Shown here piece by piece: positions 1 through 8,778 of a DNA stretch of 32,000 nt. The first letter of the stretch is position 1. Every line of letters starts with the position of its first letter. The position numbers were made by a program, and so were the translations under genes. The DNA comes from Psychrobacter cryohalolentis K5 (GTDB lineage Bacteria > Pseudomonadota > Gammaproteobacteria > Pseudomonadales > Moraxellaceae): NCBI RefSeq assembly GCF_000013905.1, contig NC_007969.1, forward strand, positions 930,001-962,000, in the 5' to 3' direction. A model generated the notes under the pieces. It was given only the letters and a program-made list of their open reading frames with translations, was not told the DNA's origin and made no database searches.

Positions 1-2822
1 TCAGCCAGTTTACTATCCCGTCAGTTAACCCTATCAATTCCGTAAAAAGTACGCCACATTATTCTAGGTTTGCTTCTCGTATTCTCTATTTTATATCAAT
101 CGCTATACTAGCAAGCACTTTGGTTATTGGTAGTGGTTTGAAGGCACTAATAAGTCATCAACAAGCAGACGATCAAAAAATTACTGAGCCAATGCGTGTG
201 CAGGCTTTGGTTCATATAGAGGGAATAAGCGATAGTGTGTATGATGCTGGTACCGATACCGGCTATCGGCAAGTGGCGATCATCAGTCAAATATTGCCAT
301 TGGTTTCTGAGCTGACAGCGCAAGACTTGGATAAAGTGACAGCAGAATACGGAGCAGGGCTAAATAATAGCCTAAGCGGCGATGATATCAAGTATGAATC
401 TTCAAATGCCATATCTTCACATCAAAACACACTTGCTGAAAATGCTGTTCAAGATAAGGTATACCGCGTCCTACTCAATGCTTACCCAAAAAAGCCAGCC
501 AAACAGTCATCTAAGACTAACTCTCAGAAAAAATCTAAGAAAACAGAAAAACAAAGTCAGATTGTTGACTTAAATCATCTGCAGCCGGGTGATAGATTGT
601 TTATGACCTTGACGCTTGCACCGCTTGCTACTTCTGAGCAAGTATCAAATAACCCATCAGGGTTTGATAGTTATCGCTGGCTACGTAGTCGGCATATTGA
701 CGGCGTTGCCAATATACTGGCTACTAGTAGTAGCTCGATTTTGCCATCTAGTCACCCACAGACACATTCAAATTCGCATTTACTCTCTTCTGATTCTTAT
801 TTAACACGGTTGCGTACTGCTATTGACCAAGGGCGTTGGCAATTACGTCAGCACTTTTATAAAGATTGGGCTACAAATACTGCTGCAGAGCAACAAGCAA
901 AAGCGGTCACATTAAGCTTGCTGACCGGTGATCGCAGTTTAATTAATCGTGAGACCAAAGATCTATATCAGTTGGCTGGCATTTCACATTTATTAGCAAT
1001 ATCGGGTACACATGTTTTGTTTTTAGCGATTGTGCTGGCTGGTATAGTTATCCTATTGATTAATCGTCTGTATCCCGCTCTATATCGCTATATTCCGCGC
1101 TGGCACGTACGTTGGTGGGTGATGATTAGCGCCGCATTTATTTATGCATTGTTTACAGGGTTTGATGTGCCCGCTGCACGTACCGCATGGATGCTACTGG
1201 CAATTGGTCTGACAAGACTAACTTTATTGCCTGTCAGTACCATGCGCGTATTATTTGCCTTGGCAGTACTGATGGCGTGGCATGACCCTTATGTATTATG
1301 GCAAGCAGGTTATTGGCTGTCCTTTATTGCCGTGGCATTATTGCTTAAATATGAAGATACCTCACAAAATCAGCCATTAACATCAAACCAACCCTCTACT
1401 TCCTATGACAAATTACTCAGATGTCTATGGCTAAGTTTTAAGCGCTTATTTAAGTTACAGTGTTGGCTATTTCTCGCTCTTTTACCTGTAACTTTGTTAC
1501 TCTTTGGCAAAGCCTCATTATGGGGGTTAATCGTAAATCTCTTTGCTATTGGCTTATTTGGTTGGATTATCGTACCGCTGAATTTATTGGCTGGGCTTTG
1601 CTATCTCATATTGCCGTCTGTAGCTGATATTATTTGGATGTTAGTCACTGCGATTGTCAGTAACCTACACGAACTGATAGGATGGCTAACGGCAATGCCT
1701 GTGCTATCAGATGCGTGGCTTTATACGCCCGTCAATGCCGCTATTTTGCTTATGGCATTATTAACCATATTACCTTGGTTGCTACCTCGCGGTCTGATCA
1801 GTCGTTGGTTAGTATTGCCACCGCTCAGTCTTTTGGTAATGACGGTATATGCCAATCAGCAGTCACTGACTACGACACCCACTCTATATATATTGCCAAC
1901 GGGTGATCATTATATAAGTGCCGCTTTATTACAATATCCGGTCGTCAATGATAAAGATGCCAAAAATACCAGCTGGCTGTTTTTGGCAGATCATAGACCC
2001 AGTAACACTAAAATTAAGATCATGCCTAGCAATCTGACGGCAGATAAATTATCTGCCACGTTAGCGCAGCAATTGGGCAGCTTATCTGTCAATAAGCTAG
2101 AGGGCATCGTCGTACAAAGCAGTAGTAGTGGCGTGACTGATTCACGCGTTTATGATAAAAAGAGCAGCGCAGTGAGTCCTAATGATTCAGAGCTCTTACC
2201 CATGATAGTCGCTCAGCTCAGTCAGAGATTGCCTGTGAGCCAATACTGGCAAGCAGGACATAGTGAGCGTTGGTCTGCGCTGTATCAAGATTATAAAGTT
2301 ACTACGGACTCTCAAAAGACGGCAACTATCAGCGCCCAACGTTGCGAATCCGGTAAAATATGGCAGCTGCCAAATGGCAACTTAACGTTGCAAGCAATCA
2401 CAGGCTGGAGCAAGATAGAGGATGCCAGTGTTTGGGATTGTACCGTGGCTATTGATAGCAGCACGCCCATACGAGTGCTCAAGTATCAAGCAAATGAGCC
2501 TCTCAAGTCATTACCTGCTAACTCGCAAACACTCATGTCAAAAAGCCAACCACTATCTAACCAAGCAAATATGTTGCAATCGCGGCTAATTTTGAATGCA
2601 GATACGCATGAGCGAACTTGGCAAATGTGGTCGTTGCTATGCTCGGCTGATTTAACCAATAGCAATATAGCCATGAATCATACGACATGGCTGGGTCACA
2701 GTACCTCACCTATCTCGAATGAGGTAATCAGCCAGCAACAAATAGATGAGATAATCACCTATGATAATAAACCGTTAGAAGTTGCTTTATCTTCTGATGC
2801 GCTATTCAAAGAGGGTGATTAA
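1..2822 (+). CDS. comEC: DNA internalization competence protein ComEC/Rec2 (5'-partial; the frame is open to the window edge)
   Basis: The competence-domain signature LTGDRSLINRETKDLYQLAGISHLLAISGTHVLFLAIV is followed by many TM helices. The track starts the ORF at a TTG at 120, but the same frame (phase of nt 3) has no stop back to nt 3. It encodes a TM-like stretch there (RFASRILYFISIAILAST), so the true start lies upstream of the window. Confidence 0.85.
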   Translation, partial: SQFTIPSVNPINSVKSTPHYSRFASRILYFISIAILASTLVIGSGLKALISHQQADDQKITEPMRVQALVHIEGISDSVYDAGTDTGYRQVAIISQILPLVSELTAQDLDKVTAEYGAGLNNSLSGDDIKYESSNAISSHQNTLAENAVQDKVYRVLLNAYPKKPAKQSSKTNSQKKSKKTEKQSQIVDLNHLQPGDRLFMTLTLAPLATSEQVSNNPSGFDSYRWLRSRHIDGVANILATSSSSILPSSHPQTHSNSHLLSSDSYLTRLRTAIDQGRWQLRQHFYKDWATNTAAEQQAKAVTLSLLTGDRSLINRETKDLYQLAGISHLLAISGTHVLFLAIVLAGIVILLINRLYPALYRYIPRWHVRWWVMISAAFIYALFTGFDVPAARTAWMLLAIGLTRLTLLPVSTMRVLFALAVLMAWHDPYVLWQAGYWLSFIAVALLLKYEDTSQNQPLTSNQPSTSYDKLLRCLWLSFKRLFKLQCWLFLALLPVTLLLFGKASLWGLIVNLFAIGLFGWIIVPLNLLAGLCYLILPSVADIIWMLVTAIVSNLHELIGWLTAMPVLSDAWLYTPVNAAILLMALLTILPWLLPRGLISRWLVLPPLSLLVMTVYANQQSLTTTPTLYILPTGDHYISAALLQYPVVNDKDAKNTSWLFLADHRPSNTKIKIMPSNLTADKLSATLAQQLGSLSVNKLEGIVVQSSSSGVTDSRVYDKKSSAVSPNDSELLPMIVAQLSQRLPVSQYWQAGHSERWSALYQDYKVTTDSQKTATISAQRCESGKIWQLPNGNLTLQAITGWSKIEDASVWDCTVAIDSSTPIRVLKYQANEPLKSLPANSQTLMSKSQPLSNQANMLQSRLILNADTHERTWQMWSLLCSADLTNSNIAMNHTTWLGHSTSPISNEVISQQQIDEIITYDNKPLEVALSSDALFKEGD

Positions 2823-3078
2823 GAATTGTTCCAATATCAATAATGTTGCAGATGTTATTGGGAACTCCTAATATCTAGTGATAGTGTTTTATTTTTGATA
2901 TCACATTTATAAAATACACGTATTTCACAGAGATGCTATTGAACCATGAGTAAAATGGCACCATACTTAACCACCTATTCATACAGAAAACTTAAACAGT
3001 AAGAATCTCGAATTTTCTGTCGTAAGTTTATATAATCTGTCTTTTATCGTTTTACATTGTTTCTACTTAGGAAGTTAT

Positions 3079-4134
3079 ATGCCCAACTGGCCGCCAGACC
3101 CTAACAAACGTCCTGATAATTCGGCAAATCAGCCAGCACCGATGCAGCAGTCAAACCAGCCGAGCGGGCAAGAATGGCGACTGATTGAAAATACTTTATT
3201 AGCAAGCGTGGTCGAGCAACGCCGTGCCCGTCGTTGGAGTATTTTCTTTAAGCTACTGACCTTTGGCTATATTTTATTGATATTTTTGACGATTGGTCGT
3301 AGCTGTAGTACTGAAGCACCCACTGGTCTTGATGGTATAGATACCAGTAAGCCGCATTTGGCAGTGGTTGAGCTTCAAGGAACTATTAGCAGTGGTGATG
3401 TCGCTAATGCTTATGATGTCAATGATGCGCTCACACGCGCCTTTAAAAACAGTAACTCAAAGGCAGTGGCGCTCGATATCAACTCACCGGGTGGTTCGCC
3501 TGTACAGTCAGATGAAATCTGGCAGACTATGATGGATTTGCGTAAAGAATATCCAGATAAAAAGCTTTATGCAGTGATTGGCGATATGGGTGCTTCTGGC
3601 GCGTATTATATCGCATCAGCGGCTGATGAGATTTATGTCAACCCATCAAGCCTAGTCGGTTCGATCGGCGTCATTATGCCAAGCTATAATGTAAAAGGCT
3701 TGATGGACAAGGTCGGCGTAGAAGATCTCACCATTACAGCAGGTGAATATAAAGATATCTTGAGCCTGTCACGTCCCCTAACGGATTATGAAGAAAAGCA
3801 TGTTGAAAAAGTGCTAGACAATACTCATAAGCATTTTATCAATGCCGTAAAAGAAGGTCGTGGCGATCGTCTAAAAAATCCTGAACAAAATAAGCTGTTT
3901 TCGGGATTGTTTTGGACAGGTGAGCAATCTATCGAGTTTGGCTTGGCGGATAAAAAAGGCAGTATTTCAAGTTTAGAGAAGCAGCTTAAATTAAATAACG
4001 TGGTTAATTATACGCCAAGTGATCCGTTCCAATTATTTATGGATCGCTTCGCCGTTAAATTGGGCGCAGGTGTGGGTTCAAGCATCAATCTTGATCTCTT
4101 GCCACAAGAAGAAGGCAACGCGCAGATGCGTTAA
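3079..4134 (+). CDS. sppA: Signal peptide peptidase SppA, 36K type (S49 family)
   Basis: It has one N-terminal TM segment followed by S49 motifs: DINSPGGSPVQSDEI and GDMGASGAYYIASAADEIYVNPSSLVGSIGVI. A good RBS (AGGAAG) sits 6 nt upstream of the ATG. Confidence 0.85.
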   Translation: MPNWPPDPNKRPDNSANQPAPMQQSNQPSGQEWRLIENTLLASVVEQRRARRWSIFFKLLTFGYILLIFLTIGRSCSTEAPTGLDGIDTSKPHLAVVELQGTISSGDVANAYDVNDALTRAFKNSNSKAVALDINSPGGSPVQSDEIWQTMMDLRKEYPDKKLYAVIGDMGASGAYYIASAADEIYVNPSSLVGSIGVIMPSYNVKGLMDKVGVEDLTITAGEYKDILSLSRPLTDYEEKHVEKVLDNTHKHFINAVKEGRGDRLKNPEQNKLFSGLFWTGEQSIEFGLADKKGSISSLEKQLKLNNVVNYTPSDPFQLFMDRFAVKLGAGVGSSINLDLLPQEEGNAQMR

Positions 4135-4171
4135 TAGACTTTAATTTTTAGCGTTACCGTGTATGATTGTT

Positions 4172-4210
4172 AAGGCTGAGCGTATGATTACGCTCAGCCT
4201 TATTTATGTG
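4172..4210 (+). terminator. Rho-independent terminator after sppA
   Basis: An 11-bp perfect stem pairs AAGGCTGAGCG (4172-4182) with CGCTCAGCCTT (4191-4201) around an 8-nt loop. It is followed by a T-rich tail, ATTTAT. Confidence 0.55.
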
Positions 4211-4276
4211 TCGCTATCTAGCATTTAAAACCATAAATACAATACAAACCATTATAACAACTAATGAGAATGTGTC

Positions 4277-5167
4277 ATGAGTGAAGTCAATTTGCAGTCT
4301 TTTGCGTCCTTACCGATATCGAAAATAACCCAAAAACCAGTCATACATTTTGCTCACGCCAACGGAATGCCAAGTCCTGTCTATGAGCCATTTTTTGAGA
4401 AATTGGCTGAATTTTTTACTATTGAATATATCTCAATGTTAGGCGATACGCCTGATTATCCGGTCGATAACCAATGGCGAAGTCTCACGCAGCAGATTGT
4501 CGATAGTGTTAAAGATACCTGTAAAAAACATGGCGTTAAGCAAGTCGTAGCCGTCGGGCATTCGCTTGGTGCCATGTGTACCTTGCAAGCGTTGTACCGT
4601 GCACCTGAGTACTTTTCGCAAGCCGTTCTGATGGATCCGCCATGGATTTATGGCAAAGTTAGCTTGCTATGGCATCTTGCCAAGACAGCAGATCGATTGC
4701 CATTGATGAATAATCGTTTGATGGATAAGCTATCGCCAGCTGGCGTGTCTAAGCATCGACGTGACGTATGGGATAGCCGAGAAGATGCGTATGACAAACT
4801 GCGCCATAAAGGATTTTTTAAAGATTTTACTGAGCGCAGTTTTCAAGGTTATATTGAGCATGGTCTGCATAAGCGTGCCGATGGTAAAGTTACCTTGGCG
4901 ATTCCAAAAGCCAGTGAAGTCGCCGTCTTTCGGACTAACCCTTCTTGGTATTGGTTGACCCCAAATCGTGCCCCTAAAGTGCCAGTGACCTTGATTATTG
5001 GTGAGAACAGTATCTTTTTAAAGCGTCGATTCCCGCAACAAATAAAGTCGCGCTTACGTATTCCTTATATTACTCATGCGGGCGGTCATATGTTTCCACT
5101 TGAGCATCCAGAGTCTGTGTCAGAGCAGGTATTAGCATTGATTGAAAAACAGTTATCTGCCAAATAA
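4277..5167 (+). CDS. Alpha/beta-fold hydrolase, substrate unknown
   Basis: It has the nucleophile elbow VGHSLGAM and a C-terminal catalytic His context (HAGGHMFPLEHP). The length is typical of the fold. Confidence 0.7.
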   Translation: MSEVNLQSFASLPISKITQKPVIHFAHANGMPSPVYEPFFEKLAEFFTIEYISMLGDTPDYPVDNQWRSLTQQIVDSVKDTCKKHGVKQVVAVGHSLGAMCTLQALYRAPEYFSQAVLMDPPWIYGKVSLLWHLAKTADRLPLMNNRLMDKLSPAGVSKHRRDVWDSREDAYDKLRHKGFFKDFTERSFQGYIEHGLHKRADGKVTLAIPKASEVAVFRTNPSWYWLTPNRAPKVPVTLIIGENSIFLKRRFPQQIKSRLRIPYITHAGGHMFPLEHPESVSEQVLALIEKQLSAK

Positions 5168-5266
5168 CAACAGGCTTTGTTTTTAATCAATGTCCTTACG
5201 CTAAACCGATTGTCTTTGTGAGCAGTTTTTAAGCAATGCTTCAGTATCTTTTCGAGTAAACCTATT

Positions 5267-6064
5267 ATGTCAATGCGAATGCCAAATAAGAGCGCCGCTG
5301 AAAACAACAAAGTTGTCATACATCCTCAGCCTTTATTCACACGCTTAGGCACTTTACTGCTTATCATAGGCATGGTGGTTTTTTTCTTTATCAGTCAATT
5401 AATCGGGATTTACATCGCTGGCAAACTGGTGTTACCAACTGCCAAAAGCGCAACGGTCGGCGATATTTTCTTTTTTGGCAGCAATGATGGAACGGTTGTC
5501 AGTATTTCTATCATGATAGGCTGCGTGTTATTAGTGGCAATCAGTGCGTTAGTTATACGCGTGAGAGGCGGCAATTTAAAGCAGTATTTGGTATTAAGAC
5601 CGTTCTCATTGGCGGTCGGTATGGGCATGATAGGGCTGCTGTTAATATTTATGATTGGCAGTCAGGCATTGACGTATATGCTTGATAAATCACCGTTGGC
5701 GTTTGTAGATCCTTTATATCAGTCTGTCAGCTCAGTATGGCTACTTATTTTTGCGATGGTTATCGTCGCGCCCATTTATGAAGAACTCATATTTCGTGGC
5801 ATATTGTGGTCGGCGATTGCAGAGCAATTCACCTCGCCACCTGATACAGAATATCGCGGGGCAATCGTAGCAAGTCTAGTGACCAGTTTGATATTTGCGG
5901 TCATTCATTTGCAATATGGAATTTACGAGATCAGTACCATCGTGGTGTTAGCATTACTATTTTGCTATGCGCGTATCAAATCAGGCTCGCTGATATTGCC
6001 CATGTTATTACATATTATAAATAACGGCGCGGCTATGTGGCAGTATTTGGCGCAAGTAGCATAA
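5267..6064 (+). CDS. CPBP family intramembrane glutamic endopeptidase (CAAX protease/Abi-like)
   Basis: The protein is polytopic and carries the three family motifs: PIYEELIFRGILW, FAVIHL and LLHIINNG. Confidence 0.8.
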   Translation: MSMRMPNKSAAENNKVVIHPQPLFTRLGTLLLIIGMVVFFFISQLIGIYIAGKLVLPTAKSATVGDIFFFGSNDGTVVSISIMIGCVLLVAISALVIRVRGGNLKQYLVLRPFSLAVGMGMIGLLLIFMIGSQALTYMLDKSPLAFVDPLYQSVSSVWLLIFAMVIVAPIYEELIFRGILWSAIAEQFTSPPDTEYRGAIVASLVTSLIFAVIHLQYGIYEISTIVVLALLFCYARIKSGSLILPMLLHIINNGAAMWQYLAQVA

Positions 6065-6130
6065 AGAATAACAGTGAATATCTGATAATTAATACTTACG
6101 CCGTATGCATTGTTATTTAATAGTAGGTTT

Positions 6131-6179
6131 CATCAGGCATCAGGCATCAGGCATCAGGGTTAAGGGTTAAGGGTTAAGG
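6131..6179. repeat. Two abutting heptanucleotide tandem arrays, (CATCAGG)x4 then (GTTAAGG)x3
   Basis: Read directly from the sequence. CATCAGG occupies 6131-6158 with 4 perfect units. GTTAAGG occupies 6159-6179 with 3 perfect units. The second array overlaps the last codons and the stop of dusA on the minus strand. Confidence 0.95.
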
Positions 6180-7132
6180 GCTAATACTTCAGTCGCCGCG
6201 TGCTTGATATCATCGATGGTCAATTGAGGCTTACCGCTCAATGCTTGACGCCATTTTCGAGCACCCACTAATCCTTGGAATAACCCTAAATAGTGCCGAG
6301 TCATCGTTGGAAGTGCTTCACCTTTAGCTATTTGCTCTTCTAAATAAGGATACAGCTGAGCTAGTATAACTGAACGCTTCGGGACAGGGGTGTCCCACAA
6401 GCTATTGGCTTCGGCTAACAAATACGGGTTATGATAAAAGGCGCGCCCAATCATAACGCCATCGATATGCTCAAGGTGTGCCTCAATATCAGCGACGGTC
6501 TCAATCCCACCATTAATCTCAATATCAAGGGTAGGAAAGTCCTGTTTTAAACGATACACATCTTCATAACGCAGTGGCGGTATCTCACGATTTTGCTTTG
6601 GGCTCAAGCCTTGTAGCCATGCCGTACGCGCATGAACGATAAAACGTGTACAACCACCTGCTGCTACCTTTTGTACAAAATCCGCCATAAATTCATAACT
6701 GTCAAAGTCATCAATGCCAATACGATGCTTGACCGTGACTGGAATATCGACTGCCGCTTGCATATGCTTGACCAAGTCTGCAACGGTATTGGGTTCTGCC
6801 ATCAAGCAAGCACCGATTTTATTGTGCTGTACACGATCAGAGGGGCAGCCCACATTAATATTAACCTCATCATAACCATGCTGCTGAGCAAATTCTGCAC
6901 ACTGCGTCATCTCAGTGATATCTGCGCCGCCAAGTTGCAGTACTAGCGGATGTTCAAGAGTATCAAAGCGTAAATGCCGTGCACGATTGCCATGTATCAG
7001 CGCGCCCGTACTGATCATCTCGGTGTACAAATAAACATGCGGATTAAAAAGACGGGCAAAATAACGATAATCCGTCGTTGTCCAATCGATCATGGGTGCA
7101 ACGGAAAGACGTTTATTGGTCATATCAACCAT
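6167..7132 (-). CDS. dusA: tRNA-dihydrouridine(20/20a) synthase DusA
   Basis: The N-terminus LSVAPMIDWTTTDYRYFARL, the active-site region NINVGCPSDRV and the FMN-barrel motifs closely match what I recall of DusA. The start may be the internal M4 (MTNKR). Confidence 0.9.
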   Translation of the reverse strand: MVDMTNKRLSVAPMIDWTTTDYRYFARLFNPHVYLYTEMISTGALIHGNRARHLRFDTLEHPLVLQLGGADITEMTQCAEFAQQHGYDEVNINVGCPSDRVQHNKIGACLMAEPNTVADLVKHMQAAVDIPVTVKHRIGIDDFDSYEFMADFVQKVAAGGCTRFIVHARTAWLQGLSPKQNREIPPLRYEDVYRLKQDFPTLDIEINGGIETVADIEAHLEHIDGVMIGRAFYHNPYLLAEANSLWDTPVPKRSVILAQLYPYLEEQIAKGEALPTMTRHYLGLFQGLVGARKWRQALSGKPQLTIDDIKHAATEVLALNP

Positions 7133-7282
7133 AGTGGTTAAGCCTTAATTTTTTAGAAATTTTTGAAGATGTATATGCTAAATGCTGATGGTATATGTGT
7201 CAGTTTACGTATCACTTGCAATGGCTTGTAAAACTACAATGAATAGGCTAATAAGAGATCAGCCTATTTGGATAAAATAACA

Positions 7283-8584
7283 TTATATGACCTGATCGAT
7301 TTTTTTGAATTCAGGCAGATTATAAAAATAAATGCCCATGATGATGGCAATAAAACCGATGAAAGTGATATAGAGTGCGGGTGAAAAGCTCACATATAAA
7401 GTAGCATAGCCAAGTCCAAATGGTACTAGCACCCCAACGATACCATAAGTGACATTGTAGCAAAAAGCCATTCCGGTGAGTCGCACATTGGTAGGAAATA
7501 GTTGAATCAAGATGGCAGGTATCATGCCGATAACACCGGCACAAAAGCCCAAAAGTGCATACATAATAAGGATATAGTCGCCACTTGCCTCTAAATGATA
7601 GAAGAAAGCAAGCATTTGAGCGATTAAAATAATAGAGCCTATCGCCAAAATTTTGCCAAAGTTTTGATGGTTAGAGATGATGCCATAAAAAATACAGCCA
7701 AAAATCATAAAAACGATGCCAAGACTGTGCGAGAATCCAAACAAGTCAGTATCGAGCGTAAAGCGTAATTCAATCAAATCAGGCAATAAAATAACCACTA
7801 CTGTGGTGATGCTTGAGACAATTAAAGTGAGAACCAGACCTATAAAGATAGCATGCTTGCAATGCTTAAATAGGGTCGTAAAAGGCTTAGCAACATAATC
7901 ACTAGGTCTTGATTTTTTCATCTGAGTGAAAAACGGGGTTTCTTCTATCCATCGCCAGGCAAGGAGCGGTAAAACCGTCAGGATAGCCGCTATAAAGAAA
8001 GGCAAACGCCAGCCATAATCTGCCAATTGCTCAGTGGTCAACGTACTGCTTAACCAAAGAAAAAAACCATTAGAGAATAAAACACCCACAAAAAAACTGG
8101 CAGTCACATAGCTACAGCCTACTGACAGATATTGGCGCGGCACGTGCTCTGCAACGAACACCCAAGAGAGTGGAACATAAAGACCATAGGCCATGCCATG
8201 TATGATTCGTAAGACGATAAACAATGCAGGCGCTGCCAAACCCCATTGTGCATAAGTAGGCAAACATCCCATCGCCAATAAGCTTGCTGCCGTAATCAAG
8301 ATACTGATTAGTAATAACGGTTTACGACCTTTTATATCGCCATAACGTCCAAAGATAACACCACCAAGTGGGCGTGCCACATAACCAATTGCAAATAATG
8401 ACAGCCCCTGTATCTTCATAAGATTGGGATCTGAGCTAACAGGAAATAAAGTCGCTGCCAACATATCTGCAAGATATAGGTATATTAAAAAGTCGAAAAA
8501 CGCTATTGCACTGCTATAGCAAGTAAACAGTACCGTATTTTTATCTTTAGAAGACATAAGTGCATATTGAGAACGAGAAGGCAT
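7283..8584 (-). CDS. MFS transporter, metabolite:H+ symporter (ProP/MHS-like) family
   Basis: It has about 12 predicted TM helices and the MFS loop 2-3 motif GRYGDIKGRKP. Confidence 0.8.
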   Translation of the reverse strand: MPSRSQYALMSSKDKNTVLFTCYSSAIAFFDFLIYLYLADMLAATLFPVSSDPNLMKIQGLSLFAIGYVARPLGGVIFGRYGDIKGRKPLLLISILITAASLLAMGCLPTYAQWGLAAPALFIVLRIIHGMAYGLYVPLSWVFVAEHVPRQYLSVGCSYVTASFFVGVLFSNGFFLWLSSTLTTEQLADYGWRLPFFIAAILTVLPLLAWRWIEETPFFTQMKKSRPSDYVAKPFTTLFKHCKHAIFIGLVLTLIVSSITTVVVILLPDLIELRFTLDTDLFGFSHSLGIVFMIFGCIFYGIISNHQNFGKILAIGSIILIAQMLAFFYHLEASGDYILIMYALLGFCAGVIGMIPAILIQLFPTNVRLTGMAFCYNVTYGIVGVLVPFGLGYATLYVSFSPALYITFIGFIAIIMGIYFYNLPEFKKIDQVI

Positions 8585-8650
8585 ATTAGGTCACGCATCC
8601 AGACATTAAGGTATTCGTTAAGGCAGTCATTATCTAAATAACTGCCTATA

Positions 8651-8689
8651 ATAAAAAACGATAAATCATCATTGCTAATGATTTATCGT
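8651..8689 (-). terminator. Rho-independent terminator after the PLD gene
   Basis: A 12-bp perfect stem pairs ACGATAAATCAT (8658-8669) with ATGATTTATCGT (8678-8689). On the minus strand it is followed by a T6 run (plus-strand A-run 8653-8658). Confidence 0.7.
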
Positions 8690-8778
8690 CAAAATAAAGA
8701 CGTTTATGTCAAATATGATTATATGAAACAGAATTAAGCCAAGAGCATTCAACTTCTGTTTCTTTTATATTGAGCCAA

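Noticed and set aside
2823-3078. An imperfect palindrome (GTTCCAATATCAATAA...TTATTGGGAAC) after comEC was considered as a terminator.
   Set aside because: The stem is interrupted by bulges and no T-run follows, so support is insufficient.
6131-6179. The heptamer arrays were considered as a CRISPR-like array or as a phase-variation switch for dusA.
   Set aside because: The units are 7 nt with no spacers, so this is not CRISPR. The dusA stop lies at a fixed offset from the array start, so slippage would not shift the reading frame of the protein.
7133-7282. A dusA-associated integrative element was considered, because the dusA 5' end is a known integration hotspot.
   Set aside because: The dusA 5' end looks intact. 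The upstream 150 bp leads straight into an MFS transporter gene. No integrase, att-like duplication of the dusA 5' end or phage genes are visible.
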